A stretch of 64,000 bases of DNA from the human T2T-CHM13v2.0 reference genome, Homo sapiens (GCF_009914755.1 NC_060935.1), one strand, 5' to 3'. Shown: positions 35,860-53,790, counted from the first letter of the stretch. Notes: a model not told the origin generated them from the sequence alone. Translations and numbers: made by a program.

Positions 35860-37931
35860 TAAAAATGAAAATAAGAGAATAGATAAATAAAGTAGAAAGA
35901 GCATTCAAAACAATCCTGTTAATCTCTTTATCAAGTGTCTCTAGTGCCAGTCTTCTTCCAAATCTTTTGAATTGCCTGTCCTCATCATAAGCCTATGAAG
36001 TATGTATTGTCCTGCATTTTACAGTTGAGAAAACCAGTTTATGGAAATGAAGTGACTCAGCTGCAAGACGGTAAGCCCAGGGTCCCCAGCTCTCAGTCGA
36101 GTGCTCTTTCCATTGCATCATTACTTCACATTGCTCATTATCAGTTCCTGGGTTAGCCTCCCTTCTACATCCAAGGAATATTTCCAGGGGACTCACATCA
36201 CCTCAGTTTCTCCTTTATATTATGAAAGGATGAAACCAATAGATCAGTGTTTCTCAGTGTGGTCCACAGTCTATTTGCAACAGAATTATTCAGGTAAATG
36301 TGGATGTTCTTATGAAAAATTCAGATTCCAAGGTCCACCCAGATTCATTGAATCAGACTGTAAGAGGGTGGAAGACAGGCAAAGTCCAGGAAATCTGCAT
36401 TTATAACAGGCTCTTGAGGTGATTCTTACACACATCCGAGTTGAGAACACTTCATTAGGTGATCTTCAAAGTTCCTTTCCGCTTTGACAGTCTTTGCTTC
36501 TAAGACATTAAGTTTGGGGGGCATGTCTTTGCATCTCTATCATCTTTTACAGAGCCTGGAACTCAATATATTTTTAGTAAACTAATACATTTGTATTCGA
36601 AAGACCCAGATTCAAGTCCCTGCTTAGGTAGGTACCAGCTGTGATTCCTTGGGAAAATTACTTAACGTTCTAGAAATATCATTTTTAAGATGGAAATAAT
36701 AACAATCTCTATCCTGGCTGCCAACATCTGATGTGGAAGATAAATTAAATCATGTTTGTGAAAGCTGTTATGGTGGTTCCAAGTTGAAGAACCACTACAG
36801 GCATAAAGTGGGCACCAAGCAGGGGTTACTAAGTCCTTCAGACTCACGGGTGGCTCACATACAGCTCTCTCCAGTGGACTGAATGGGGAGCTTATTAAAA
36901 CACAAAATAAAACCACTACCACCTTTGAAAAATCACATTTCCATTCGAAGTAGGTAGAGTCTTTCCATGGAAATAACGTGATTTTTTAAGACTCCGAGGC
37001 ATTGCCACAGTGACCCCTAGTGGAGCTTATAGGCCAGCTCAAACCCACCATCCTAGTCCCACATTTGCTGTTGGCTTAGCGGAGAGATCAATTTATTAAT
37101 TCAATACATCTGTTCTTCACATAGGCTAGGAAATTTTTGTGAAGCTTCTCTTTGTCCTCAGAGTCTAGCATTCATTCATCCATTCAATTATTACTGAGCA
37201 TCCCGGGTGCCAGCTGCTGTGCTTGGCCCCAGAGGGACCCAGCAGACATTGGGATCCTCACCCTCAGAGCCAGGTGGGGACAAGTTAAGTAGTGGAGACA
37301 GAGAAGCAAACAGCCAACAACAAGAGTGACACATGCTCCAAAAGAGGAAGTGCACGGAACTACGGAAGCCACTTTCTTTGGCAAAATCTCAATGATCTGT
37401 TTTGAGAATAAGCATAGCACATTGAGGGATGAATGGCAAAAATGAGGCATGAAGTGTAAACAGGAGCCAGATGGCGAAGGGCCTACTCTATAAATAAATT
37501 TGGATTTTATTCGAAGGTCAATGGGAAATGACTGAATAGTTTTAAGTACAGGAATTATTCGATGTTTGTTTTTTAGTATCATGCTGGCTTCAGCAGGTAG
37601 AGCTGATGGGAGGAGGTAAGACAGGAAGGAACTGCATAGTCCAGGTAAGAAGTGAATATTAGGTTGGGAGGGGCATACAGGGAGTTTAAAATATATTGAT
37701 AAAATTGCATTTCTTTCCCTGCGTGGTAAGTACAAAAGCATCCTATTCTTTATACCTTACATTTATACTGCACAAATTATGTAGTATGTATGAAATAGTT
37801 CATTTAAAAACATATAGAACTCACAGGGGAAAAAACTATATATTTTTGATATGTACATATGTCACATAAAGATAAAATTTGGAAGGGAAGGATGGCCTCC
37901 CACTTTGTGATGAGGGTGGCCTCTGAGGAGG

Positions 37932-40133
<2,202 letters not shown>

Positions 40134-40406
40134 AAATAAATTGAACAAATATAAGAGTCAAAGCACAAAATTGGATAGAGAAGTACTTAAAAGGAAAGGG
40201 AAATATGTGAGATAAATGAGAAAGAGTGCTGATCTTTGTTGTTCTAGGTGGTGGGTACCTGGGTGTTTGTTGTATCCTTCCCTCTAATTTTCTTTATTTA
40301 AAGTTTTTACCATTAATAAAACTAGATTAAATTATAACTTTAAAGTAAAAAGAATACAAGTTGGAGTTCCAAAAGGCTAAGATTCCATCTCCTGTCTGCA
40401 CCCTAA

Positions 40407-40733
<327 letters not shown>

Positions 40734-40914
40734 ATTTCCACAGCTTTAAAGACTTTGGTATGTTGATAACTTCCAAATTTATATCTCTAGCTCAGACCTT
40801 TCTTCTGAGCTCCAGACTCATATTTCCAGTTGCCTACTTGATATTTACATTTGGATGTCTCTCAGGTGTCTCAACCATGACTTGTTTAAAATTGATCACT
40901 TAATCTTTCCCTCT

Positions 40915-41225
40915 GTTGTGGCCAGTCCCCAAGATAGCCCCCAGTGATCCCTGCCTCCGGGTACTCACACACTATGTCCCTTTCACACTGTAGGAGGATT
41001 GCAGGATTGCTATATGTTACCATAGACTTGTACAGAAATGACAGTGTGTGATTTCCAAGGCTAGGTCATAAAACACACTGTGGCCTGTGCCTTACTCTTT
41101 CTTTGGATCACTCACTCTGGAGGACGCCAGCTGCCTTGTCACGGAGACACTCAAGCAACCCTACAGAGAGGCCCATGTGGTAAGGAACTGAGGCCTCTTG
41201 CCAACAGCCATGTGAGTGGGCCATC
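40915..41225 (+). mobile_element. MLT1F-like LTR fragment
   Basis: CCAAGATAGCCCCCAGTGATCCCTGCCTCC...GGAACTGAGGCCTCTTGCCAACAGCCATGTGAGTG. Confidence 0.55.
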
Positions 41226-43151
41226 TGCCCACTCTGGCTTTCCTTATTTAGCTCAGATTAGCCGAAGCCTGGATGGAAGCCATTCAGCAAGTCACAAGCA
41301 GCCTTCCCAGGCTTCCCAGGCTTCACTCAGATAGCCCCTCTGTCTGGAGTTGAATTTACATATATGCCATGTGCCCCTCCCTACGCCTTTGCTTATCACA
41401 GCCTACTTGCCTTTAAAAACCCAGTTCAAATTCCACTTTTTTTTCCCCTTTTTTATTTTGCCGAAGACTCATGATATTGCTTGGCTTGGTGCTAGGTGCT
41501 TGGTGCTGGGGGTACTGCACTGACTCAGCTGATTCCAGCTCTCAGGGGGCCCACAATTCACTGAGAGAGTCCAATCATTTCAGTCTGGTATGGGAAGTGC
41601 TGCAACAGAGGGGCAAATGGAGAAGGAGAGGTGGGGCCCTGCCAGCTTGGTTAGGGCCACAGTCAGGAAAGGCTTTTTGGAAGGGGTGGTGCTTGAGTGA
41701 GAGTAAAAGGAAGACCAATCTCTGGCAAAGTGAAGAGAAGTCCAGCAGTGTTGTCGGCTGAGGCCCCTCTGCCCCATCTGTTGTGCTGCCTGTCATCTCA
41801 GGTAGAAATCACACCTTTCTCTACTCCGGACTGATGCCAGCATTCCATGAGTATTAATTTCTGGACTTGGGTTTTTGAAAACAAACTGCCCGTAGGTGAT
41901 CAGGAAGGGGAGGGGAACCCAAAACTGGTTATATAAGGAACAGCAGCTGAATTATGCATATTTAGACTGGGAGGTAGGGGGACTGAGTGAAAAGGAAATG
42001 GACTGTTTTTATAACACAGAGCTTCCAAGTGCAAAATGTAGGAGCTGCAGAAGGCAGAGGTCAGCTGAACACAAGAAAGAGCTCTCTACTGGCCTTTATT
42101 TAAAAGAGAATGAACTTGTTTTGGCCCGTTGTCCCTGGAGAGGTTCAAACATGTATCCCCACTGGAGGTCACATCATAGAAAATGGTGACAGTTAGGTAA
42201 GATGCCCTTTAAACTCCTTTCCAGTGGAAATTCTGTCGCACCACCATCATCCCTCGATGACTCCCGTCAGCTGCTGACTTTAGTCCAAGCTCCATGGAGC
42301 AGCACACAGAGCACTCCACCTCTCCACTCACATCCCTACTCACACCCACTCTCAAACTCCAAGAGCAACACCAAATCACTGGTGCTCTGCACACGTATGC
42401 CATGTTCAGTATTTAAAATACCCTCCCCTATCCCTTTGCCAGTGTTTATTCTCCAACACTCAGCACTAGCACTGTAGTGGATTTTTGTCACTTTTTTTTT
42501 GCACTATTATTTCCAATTTGGCAAATTAACTCCCCAACTGTGTCTCAATGGAAAGGTAACTAGTGTCCTGCCTCTTACTAGAACTCAGGAGGAAGCTAAG
42601 GGAGTCATATCCTTCCTTTATCAGCCTCCAGTTGCAGCTAGGAGGCAGGCAAATGACAAAAATCCAGCCAACTGGGCCTTCTCTCAAGTTACTTTGAATC
42701 CAAAGTCATAAGGAATAGATAAAGGTGATTTTCTGGTGGTGTGGGGGCAGTAGCATGGTGTCCTTAACTGGTTGTTTAGGCAGTAACGTGGTTGTGTCTT
42801 TTTTCTTACTTTTTAGACTTCTGGAGTGCCCTTGTTTCTCATTTCCAGATTAATCAATATGTATTAAATGAATGAATGAAGCAGAGGGATAAAGGTCAAA
42901 GACTTAATCTAAAGCAAATTATGTGCAAGGTCGGACCACTTAATGATCAGAAATGGAGGTAAAGAGAGGGAAATAAAAATAAACAGGAGAATGGTCACAG
43001 CACTAACAGAAATGAGGGGAAGTGTTGGTTTAGGGAAGATAGAGAGGAAGGATAGCGAATACCAAATTTTTATTATAATCCCCCCTCCAAAACGTTTCCA
43101 TTTATATACATACCAACTCTTCTCCTTTAGTGAGAACAAAAATAAAACCCT

Positions 43152-44586
43152 GCTCCCCCTCCCTCTCCCTCTCCCGTCTCCCACTTTCCACGGTCTCCCT
43201 CTGAGGCCCAGCCTAGGCTGGACTGTACTGCCGCCATCTCGGCTCACTGCAACCTCCCTGCCTGATTCTCCCGCCTCAGCCTGCCGAGTGCCTGGGATTG
43301 CAGGCGTGCGCCGCCACGCCTGACTGGTTTTTGTATTTTTTGGTGGAGACGGGGTTTCGCGGTGTTGGCCGGGCTGGTATCCAGCTCCTGACCGCGAGTG
43401 ATCTGCCCGCCTGGGCCTCCCGAGGTGCCGGGATTGCAGACGGAGTCTCGCTTACTTAGTGCTCAATGTTGCCCAGGCTGGAGTGCAGTGGCGTGATCTC
43501 GGCTTGCTACAACATCCATCTCCCAGCCGCCTGCCTTGGCCTCCCAAAGTGCCGAGATTGCAGCCTCTGCCCTGCCGCCACCCAGTCTGGGAAGTGAGGA
43601 GCGTCTCTGCCTGGCTGCCCGTCTCTGGGATGTGAGGAGACCCTCTGCCTGGCCGCCCAGTCTGGGAAGTGAGGAGCGCCTCTTCCTGGCCGCCATCCCA
43701 TCTAGGAAGTGAGGAGCGTCTCTGGCCGGCTGCCCATCGCCTGAGATGTGAGGAGTGCCTCTGCCAGGCCGTGAACCTGTCTGGGATCTGAGGAGTGTCT
43801 CTGCCTGACCGCCACCCCGTCTGGGAGGTGAGGAGCGTCTCTGCCCGGCCGCCCCGTTGGGGAAGTGGGGGGCAGCCCCCGCCCGGCTGCCGCCCCGTCC
43901 GGGAGGTGGGGGGCGCCTCTGCCCAGCTGCCCCGTCTGGGAAGTGAGGAGCCCCTCTGCCCGGCCGCCACCCCGTCTGGGAGGTGTACCCAACAGCTCAT
44001 TGAGAACGGGCCATGATGACGATGGCGGTTTTGTCGAGTAGAAAAGGGGGAAATGTGGGGAAAAGAAAGAGAGATCAGATTGTTACTGTGTCTGTGTAGA
44101 AAGAAGTAGACATGGGAGACTCCATTTTGCTCTGTACTAAGAAAAATTCTTCTGCCTTGGGTTGCTGTGAATCTATAAACTTACCCTCAACCCCGTGCTC
44201 TCTGAAACATGTGCTGTGTCCACTCAGGGTTAAATGGATTAAGGGCGGTGCAAGATGTGCTTTGTTAAACAGATGCTTGAAGGCAGCATGCTCCTTAAGA
44301 GTCATCACCACTCCCTAATCTCAAGTACCCAGGGACACAAACACTGCGGAAGGCTGCAGGGTCCTCTGCCTAGGAAAACCAGAGACCCTTGTTCACATGT
44401 TTATCTGCTGACCTTCCCTCCACTATTGTCCTATGACCCTGCCAAATCCCCCTCTCCGAGAAACACCCAAGAATGATCAATAAATACTAAGAAAAAAAAA
44501 AAAAAGTGTAATAGATATAATTTGGTGAACATTGTCAATTTTATAAAATTAAATCTTTTTCATTCAGTTATAATAAATAAATAAAT
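43152..44586 (+). mobile_element. Full-length SVA (older, SVA_B/C-like) with 3' transduction
   Basis: CCCTCT hexamers from 43153, antisense Alu-like domain, GC-rich VNTR ~43570-43990, SINE-R, AATAAA and poly(A) 44492-44505; TSD AAATAAAACCCT at 43140-43151 and 44587-44598. Confidence 0.95.
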
Positions 44587-45660
44587 AAATAAAACCCTAT
44601 TATTTTAGGTTGTGTTAGCTGCTTGGTCTCTTTACGTGGGTCTCAAGTCAATGGCCTTGCCCTTTACTTTCAGAGACTGTTACATTTAAAGAATGCATCA
44701 AATAGCACATACCCAGTGGCAGGAGAAATCGAAGATGATTTGGAGGTTTCAAACCAGGGAGATATACGGCCACTCAGGAAAAGCAGGAAGAAAATGTGGA
44801 GCTTGAGATTTCAGCAGGTATGTTGTGAGCAGAGATGACCCAACAGCAGCAACATGTCTCTAAAACAGGTGGTATCGCCACTGCATATTTCTCGTGCAAC
44901 TCTGCGCATATGCAGAATCAAGGATTTGGTGTTTTTCTTCTTCAAGAAGAAACATGACATAGGTTCTTTCATCTGACAAACATTTATTGGGTACCTACTG
45001 AGGGCCATACACTGTTCCAGGCAGTGGTAAAGTAGTGAAAAAGCTATGCTCATGAAGACAGATAATACTACTACTTAAATTGATTTGTTCATTTGTTTAT
45101 GTGCTATAAAGAACAATAAACTAGGGAAAGTGGTTAAGGACGGGGTCGGCATGGTTCTCAGAATATTCCATTTAGAAGCTGACAAAAGGACCTCGTAGAA
45201 CATTCCTTTCAGTCATCTTCCCTTTGAGCCTGATCTGGGAAAGGCAGGCAACAGAGACCAGGACCACAGATTCATAACAACCCTTGGAAACTCAGTCCTT
45301 CATCAGTATTGAAGCATAGATCTACGGTTATTACCGTGAGAGATTTCCAAACTTTAAACTTTTGTCTTATTATAGTAGCTGGCGCTAACATGGGCAAACA
45401 AATTAGATCAGCTTAAGGAGAGAAAAAGAAAAGAAAAATAAGAATGTTAATGTTAGTTCTCACATCTGGGACTTCTGATAAACCAATCAAGAAATATTTC
45501 CTGAGTACTAAGCCAGAATATTCATTTAGATGCAAAGTGGATTCTAGGGTATGTGATGTGTGTATTTCAAGAGTATTTCCTGTTTAGATAGCAAGCTTTA
45601 TGAACTACACAGTATCTCAAATAAAAATTACACAGAAACTCATGCCTATGAAGAGACCTG

Positions 45661-45666
45661 TTTATT
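45661..45666 (-). terminator. Probable distal poly(A) signal of PGM2L1
   Basis: AATAAA on the minus strand with downstream AGTTTCTGTGTAATTTTTAT. Confidence 0.6.
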
Positions 45667-46594
45667 ACTGATAACACTTCATTTGGCTAAAACCACAAGA
45701 AATCCACACACAAATACATAAAGTGCAAATTCTCACAGGCAGTACTTATAATACACCCTGGTGTTTTTGTAGGGAAAAATGAGAAGATGTTGACAGAAAC
45801 TGTTAAAACAAGGGCACAATTTTGAACTACTGCTACACACTTTAGTCAGAAAAATAATTCATTCTTGACTGCATATATTTTACCTGGCATATTCAATGAG
45901 GCATACAAAGAGTTTATTCTAGCCTAGAACAACAAGGCCTCACCATACATAGAAGCAGAGTCTTGCTTGAGTGGCTCTTGTAAGATACATGATGAATCAT
46001 AACAGTGGACAAAAACATACCAAATAGGATCAAATTTGTTGTGACTCACTTGGAAGGTAGTGCTACTAGGCTCAAAATGACACTTAGACTAGTGATATTA
46101 AGTCTACATAGACACCATTTCTTTACCTTCCTGGCCAACACCTTGCTTTGAGTGTAAAATACCAGGCATTATATATAATTTCCACAGAGAGATATGCTTT
46201 GCTCTCTCCAAAGAAACTGAGTATTTAAGGGGATGTCTGCTTAATAAACATTACATTATAAAGTTCAGTGATGGGACTTCATTGAAAAAACTGAATTAGA
46301 AAATTCATTTTTTGATTGTTCCTTAAACTATTTGCTACTTTTAAAAAATCCCTTAATTCCTAGTATCAGCAATTAAACACTCTATAACAGGTACTGAACT
46401 AGGTGGTATGGATATGAAAAATAATAAACCACGATTCCTACTCTCGGGACTGAGCATCAGGTGGTCCTTTTTAGTCAAGGAATGCCAATAGTAACAAAAC
46501 TGTTTCAGGTCAGTTTAGTTTGGCGTTAATCCTTCTGAAGGTCAGATTCCAAGGGCAGGAAATAGTCTGGATATGTTCTATGTTTATATATCTT

Positions 46595-46894
<300 letters not shown>

Positions 46895-49800
46895 TATGTT
46901 TATATATCTTGCACTACAGCCAGTGTGTGTAGCTCAAGGACTTGCCTCCACTGGGGGTGAGGGCACTGGGGGAGAAAACTGAGCAGCCACGTGATGAACA
47001 TGGTGCTCCTTTGTGGTGGCATAAGTTTCAGTAAAGATTAAACATATCATTTTTATATTAAAAGTTTTATTATAGAGAATGCAAAATTCACTTACATTTT
47101 AAAGACAGAACACACTTCATGTCAGTGGTAGGCTGATTCTGATTTTGCTCTCAGAACCCCTTCCCCCTTCATCATGCCCCTCTGCTTTAGGGTTACGCTA
47201 GTGGAAAAATTTGAGCAGCAAACTCTAGGTATGTCACTTTGTCCCTATTTGGTCACTCTACACATTCTTATAGGTTCTCTTTTATAAGTACATAGTCTTG
47301 AATAAACAAAGAGGAAAGATGGTCTAATAAATATATAGTATGGTGAATACTTTAAGGTAACCAGTAGTCAACACTAACTTTGTTTCCAACTAGAATTAAA
47401 TTCATGCTGTGCAAGGAGTCAGACAATGAGCAATTCTCATCTTACTATTTATACCTCTGTGGCTTAGGGTAAGATGCTCTGAGGGACAAATGTGAATAAG
47501 ATTTCCTTAGATCTTGTGCTTTGGCTCCCCAAGTACAAGGAAACCTGAAATAGAATGTTATGTCAATTGCCCATTCATTTTGGTTAGTACGACTCTTTCC
47601 TCATCAGTTTCTAGAACAATCTCAGATGACAAGTGAATTGTAAAAGGCCGTAATAAATTAACATATAGCAGTATGCAGACAGATCAAAACAGGTTATGAA
47701 ATAGATTTAAAATTACTTCCTACAATAAGTCTTAAATATAATGACAACATTAACAAAATAACCAAAGGTCCATAGGCAAATGTAGTTTATGACTAAGCTT
47801 AAAGCATTCTGAATGAATACAGTTGAGATTTCTTATCAGTGAGGTAACAGGGCAATAGTCCTTCACAGTAACAAAATGTGCAAGGGTGCCTAGGAAAAGT
47901 GGGAGGTAGAGAGAAAAAGGCATAAAATTAAATGTATCCAAGTGAAGTTTGGATTTTTCAAGCATCACAAATATCAATGGAAAATGTGGAAAAAAATACT
48001 GATAGCAGCAGCTCATAGAACAACTTATCCATTAAACTACAGCTAATATCCCTGTTGCATCAATTCCAGAAGCAACTTGCTTAAGAAATGGGAGGTCTAT
48101 TTCCTATATAAAGACATTCCAAAGTATCCAATCTCTTAGAACCTCTCCATCTGCTAACGTATCTACATCAAAATAACAACATATATATTCAAAACGAAAA
48201 CCTCAAATAACCTAAGCCACTATACATTCTTCAAGATGAACAAAATTTTGTTCAAGTCTCACTTAATTTGCCAGGTTAAATTAAAAATAACAGTGAAGCA
48301 GGAAAATTATTCATTGCACTTATGCATCAGTTACTCAAAACACACAAAAATTGTTTTGTGAGCTAAATTCTTCTAGATATGGAGTGAAACCCAAATGTTA
48401 CTTTTAGTGCCCTTTATGACATTTTTATTCTAACCTGAGTTTTTAAAAAAAATGTGCTGGAAAGAAGGACCCTTAAAAAGTCATCTGTATATCTCTTAAT
48501 TTTTAAAATTTTTATTCCCTTAAAAATAAAAAAAAGATTTTGAATAGAAGATATTATGAAGATTTCTCAAGAAGTTCCTAAATCTTAAACTTTCCATGCT
48601 GTCTTTAAAAAAAAGATCCTTATTCCCTCTGGTTCTGTCTTCACTAGAGATGGAGAACACTATGGCATAGTATTTCTTACTTTGAACCCTTCAATAAAAG
48701 ACTCAATAAAGCTTTATTAGCAAACTTAGCAAACTATCTCAACAGCTTTCTCCTCTCCAGAGTCAAACAATCTTTATTCCTTGAACTTTTTCTCAGAAGT
48801 CTTATTTTCTAATCTACATTTTCTTCCTTTTTATTTCTGCTCTATCTCTTCCTGAGTTCTCACATGATTCTGATACAACATCCTAGCAGGAACTGAATCC
48901 GTAAAAGGGATACTTTTTCTCACCTCCTAAACCTTGGCCTCATTTTAGTGATCACAATAAAGGAAAATGGTAGGTGCATACTCATCATAACAACAAATAA
49001 ACACAAGTAAACAGGTGGGACACAGTTTATTCCCTACTGTTATGGTGTTACATTTGCCCTTCACGAGAAGCATTTCCCGTGTCTCTTTATATTGTTTGCT
49101 TATTTCTACTGTTTATTTCCAATGTATGCTTTGATCTTGCCCTACTAATTCTCTCCTTTTCTCCAAAGCTTTAGAAAATTCCAGTTTTGACTTTCATGCT
49201 CAATGAGAATGCAATCATTTTCACAATATTGTTCAAAAAGAAAAAGATAAACATTGTAGTGCCTGAGGCTGAGACCTCCTAGCCAGCACTTCTGTCTCTC
49301 CTGACCAGCTTGGGCTATCACTGAATTTATCCTGTTAGGCAAATGTGCACCTACTACATCAAGTTCATGTTAAGTATCATGCTCAGACAGACTCATGACA
49401 GGCTAGAATAAAATAATTCCCTCAATCGATACACTTCAGGAACATTTGTAAAATTTTGTTAACTTGAGAGAAGAACACTTCAATAACTTTTCACCTTAAG
49501 ATGACTTAAATGTTGCATTATATTAAAGCACTCAAATAAAACTGTTTTCTTCATAATAGAATGACAGTCATGACATGGCTTTAGTAACTATGAATGAGCC
49601 GTTGATTCATTTTAGCTTCATTTTTGTTTATCAGTCACTGAAACACAGAACTAAACCAAATATACCTGTTTTTCATATATACAACATTATACCACTTTGC
49701 AGAATATATGCCATTTCCTAAATTACAATCTACATTCTTAAAAGCATATAAAACAAAAGATGTTTTACACATTTTAAAAATAAAACAAAAATTCTACACA

Positions 49801-50224
49801 TATCTTCTCCAGTGCAAAGCCTTTGAAAACAAACTCATTGAGAAAAATGGTGCTCTACATTTAGCTAGCTGTCTATTATCTACAGTCATACAGTCATATA
49901 AGATCCAACAATAAGAAAGTAAGGAAGGAACAAATTAACAATAGTGGCAATACAATAGTTGGACAATTAGGTTTGGATTATATGAGCTCAACCAAATGTT
50001 AGCTGACAGCTGCAACAAACGAAACCATGGTTTAAGGAACATTCTAATCAGTTCAAACTTTATATTATTATTTTATATGAAATAAATTCTCTAATTACAG
50101 TGCTATCTCCCATAAGCAATTTGTTTAGGTCTTGTTATTGTTATCTCCTAACTATACCCCATATGTATTCTGAGAACTATGTAGGACAAGATACATTTTA
50201 AGAAGATTAAACACAGCATTTCTT

Positions 50225-50752
<528 letters not shown>

Positions 50753-51984
50753 CAAAAGTGACTTTTTGTAAAAAATTATTTTCTACACTAAAAGAAGATA
50801 AATAATAGTCATGCAATCAGAAATTCTACAGAAGTCAGCAAGATGTTAGAATAAACTGGACCTCTGTTTTAAAACATGTAGTTTTAGTATTTCATAATAC
50901 TTAAAATTTGGATGTTTTATTCTTAGTAAAATTAACATTACTTCATAAAATAAAAGAATAAATCTACTTACAAAAATGTAATTCAAAAGTTAGACTGTCA
51001 AATAAATTCAGAGCTCCTTTCTCAGTTCAGATTTTTTTCTGTAATAAAAGGTTTGATAAATGACACAATTCTAATATGAAGATCCTTAACTACATTAAGC
51101 TTGCTTTTATTAAGATCTTTATTTATATTCCTAAGATTTTAAAATCAGTAAACTCACTTGATATAGAGGAAGCACCTACAGATTTTGGAAGATTTTCCTT
51201 AGCTATCTGCAAATTGACTGATTAAATTATGGTAAATGCAGGAACACTGTTTTTTCTGTTCATACCAGACCCTGAGAAGGCACTGAGAAATTTGATAAGA
51301 ACAAAGCCAATAGGAGTGTTGCCACTATTGTTTTATGTTCAGTAAACATCAGAATTTTAAATACATACAGTAAATTTATACTGCACCAAGGGCACCTGAA
51401 ACAGACATGCCAAAACCACACACTGTAACATCTGTTCTAAACTACAGAAATGCTAAATATCCTATTTCAAATACTCTAATTTGTAAATTAATACCTGTGA
51501 TGTCACAATGACACTTTTTCATAACAATCAAGGAAAGTACCATTTTCTTGCCAATTTTATGGACTAATTTCCTTAACTAACCCTACAATTATATAACATT
51601 TACCTGTCTTTTTTTTTTTCTTTTACCATGCTATACACAATTACGAGATACAGAACTAGGCTTAATCACACTATAATAAGAAAACTCACTTTTGAATTGT
51701 GATGTTTCTGTTAACGGAAGGACAATACGTTACTATAATACTTTTAGTGTAATAACTTTTGTTTGAATTATGAAAAAATTTGAATCATTTCCCTCTAGAC
51801 CATTTCATTTCAAACTTATACTTTGTTTAGTCTAGCCAGTTGACCAAAAAGAAAGAAAATAAAAGGAAAAAGATACTCGGCCAGATGAGATAGAGAGAGA
51901 ATGCTAACACAAGGTTCAATGTATGCAGTTCTCGGTTGCTCTGTTCCATATGCCCACACAGTGTCATGACGTATTGGTGTACCC

Positions 51985-52087
51985 CTAAACAGAACGCCAG
52001 ATCAGTCCATTCTTACTAGGCTGAAGAAAATTCTCTATCAGAGCATCAATGAGTTTCTTCAGTTCTTCCTCCAGTAAAGCAGTGTCA
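51985..52087 (-). CDS. PGM2L1: PGM2L1 last coding exon (DTALLEEELKKLIDALIENFLQPSKNGLIWRSV*)
   Basis: cctcag|T acceptor; TAG stop at 51987-51985. Confidence 0.95.
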
Positions 52088-53149
52088 CTGAGGAAAAGAT
52101 GAAGAGTTTTGGAATTATTTATTTTCATAGGCTTAAAATTTATTTAAATTAGTGTGATTTTTTAAGAGGTCCTGATGGAGTCATTAAACAATTGGTAAAC
52201 AAAAGAGAAATTCACTTGGTTAAAACAAAACAAGACCAAAAAAAAAAATTACACACAAAGAAAACACTGCTATCACAAACTGAAGGTGAACTGCATTAAT
52301 AGGAGTTCCTTGGCACATGATAAACAGAGGAGTGATGGTGTATCTAAAGAATTCTCCTGGGTCAGGAGAATGAGGTTCTAATGGCTTTGAACACAAATAC
52401 CAGGTGTTAGGAGAAAATGGCTTCCTGAAATACTTTGAAAAATATTCAGTACAGATGTTATGGAATGATATATCTTTCAGGTAGCAGAAGGAGGTGTGAC
52501 TAAAATAACGTGATGTTTAAAAAAATAAATGTGCACTTAAAAGAAGGCCCTTGAAAGTCATCACTGAGGTGCTGCCGTTGCCCAGAACATTTCGAGGCAA
52601 GCCTCTTTTAAACTGCCTTTACAGTCATTTTAAAAGCTACACAACAAATCAGTTCTTATTACTTTAATAATCTTCCTTCATTTTCAACCAGATGTAGCAT
52701 TACCCAATTTGGTTTACTTTAGATTCTACTTTGAATGACTTCGGGGGCTCTTTATCCCCCGCAAAGGAAATGAAATCTATCCTTAAATGCAAAGATTTGG
52801 GGAAATACAAAATAGTATAGCTTGGTTGGACTCTGAAAGCAATTCTAAAAAATCTCCTTCCCAAATATATATTGAGCAATTACAATATTATAGGAGACAG
52901 TACTTTTAATACATTTAAGTAGCCTTTGAATATGTTTATGAAATTCACTTAGTCACAATTCATCCTCTTAAAAGGAAATGAACTGAACAGATTATGTCAA
53001 GTCATATTAGACATAGAAAATGGATATTTGGCAATAAACAAATTATTTGATGATAATTTCCTTATGTTAATCACATAATACTTAAAGCTCAGAGAATCTT
53101 TCCAAGAATAGAAATTCAATACAATTTTAAAATTCAATTCCCAAATGAT

Positions 53150-53790
53150 GTAGCTGCTTTAAAAAATGGTCTGGCAGTTCCTCAAAAGGTTAAACACAGA
53201 GCTACCATATGACCCAGCAGTTCACTCCTAGGTATATACCTAAGAGAAATGAAAACATACATTCACACAAAAACCTGTATGTAAATGTTCATAACAGTAT
53301 TCAAAACAGCCAAAGAGTGCAAATAATCTGAATGTCCATCAAATGATCAATGGATTAAAAAGCATGGCATAGCCATGCAATGGAATATTGTTGGGCCATA
53401 AAAAACAAAACTTTAAAAAAAGGAATAAATTCATGCTACAACTGAATCATGGTGGAACCTAGAAACCATTATACTAAGTAAAAGACGGCAGTCACAAAGG
53501 CCCACATATTGTATGATTCCATTTATATGAAATGCCCAGAAAAGAAGCAAATCTATAGAGAAAGACAGTAGATTGGGGTTGCTGAGGGCCGTAAAGGAGG
53601 GAAATGGGAAGTGATTTCTCATGGCTACGGGCTTTTGGGGGTGATGAAAATGTTCTAAAATTGATTACAGTGATGGATGCACAACTTTGAACATACTAAA
53701 AGCCACTGAATTGTACATTTTAAGTGCGTGAGCTGTATGGTATGTGAATTATATTTCAATAAAGCTTTTGTATGTATATCTTAAAAAAAT
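53150..53790 (+). mobile_element. L1MB-like 3' fragment
   Basis: CCATATGACCCAGCAG...GTGATGAAAATGTTCTAAAATTGA...TTTCAATAAAGC. Confidence 0.75.

Noticed and set aside
37184-37741. 185-aa minus-strand ORF
   Set aside because: Lies in decayed L2-like sequence; no recognisable domain or exon structure.
43570-43990. Repeat-spacer-like array resembling CRISPR
   Set aside because: It is the SVA VNTR (GC-rich ~35-50 bp units with related, not unique, intervening sequence) in a human context.
43452-44476. Several 64-182 aa ORFs
   Set aside because: All lie within the SVA Alu-like, VNTR and SINE-R domains.
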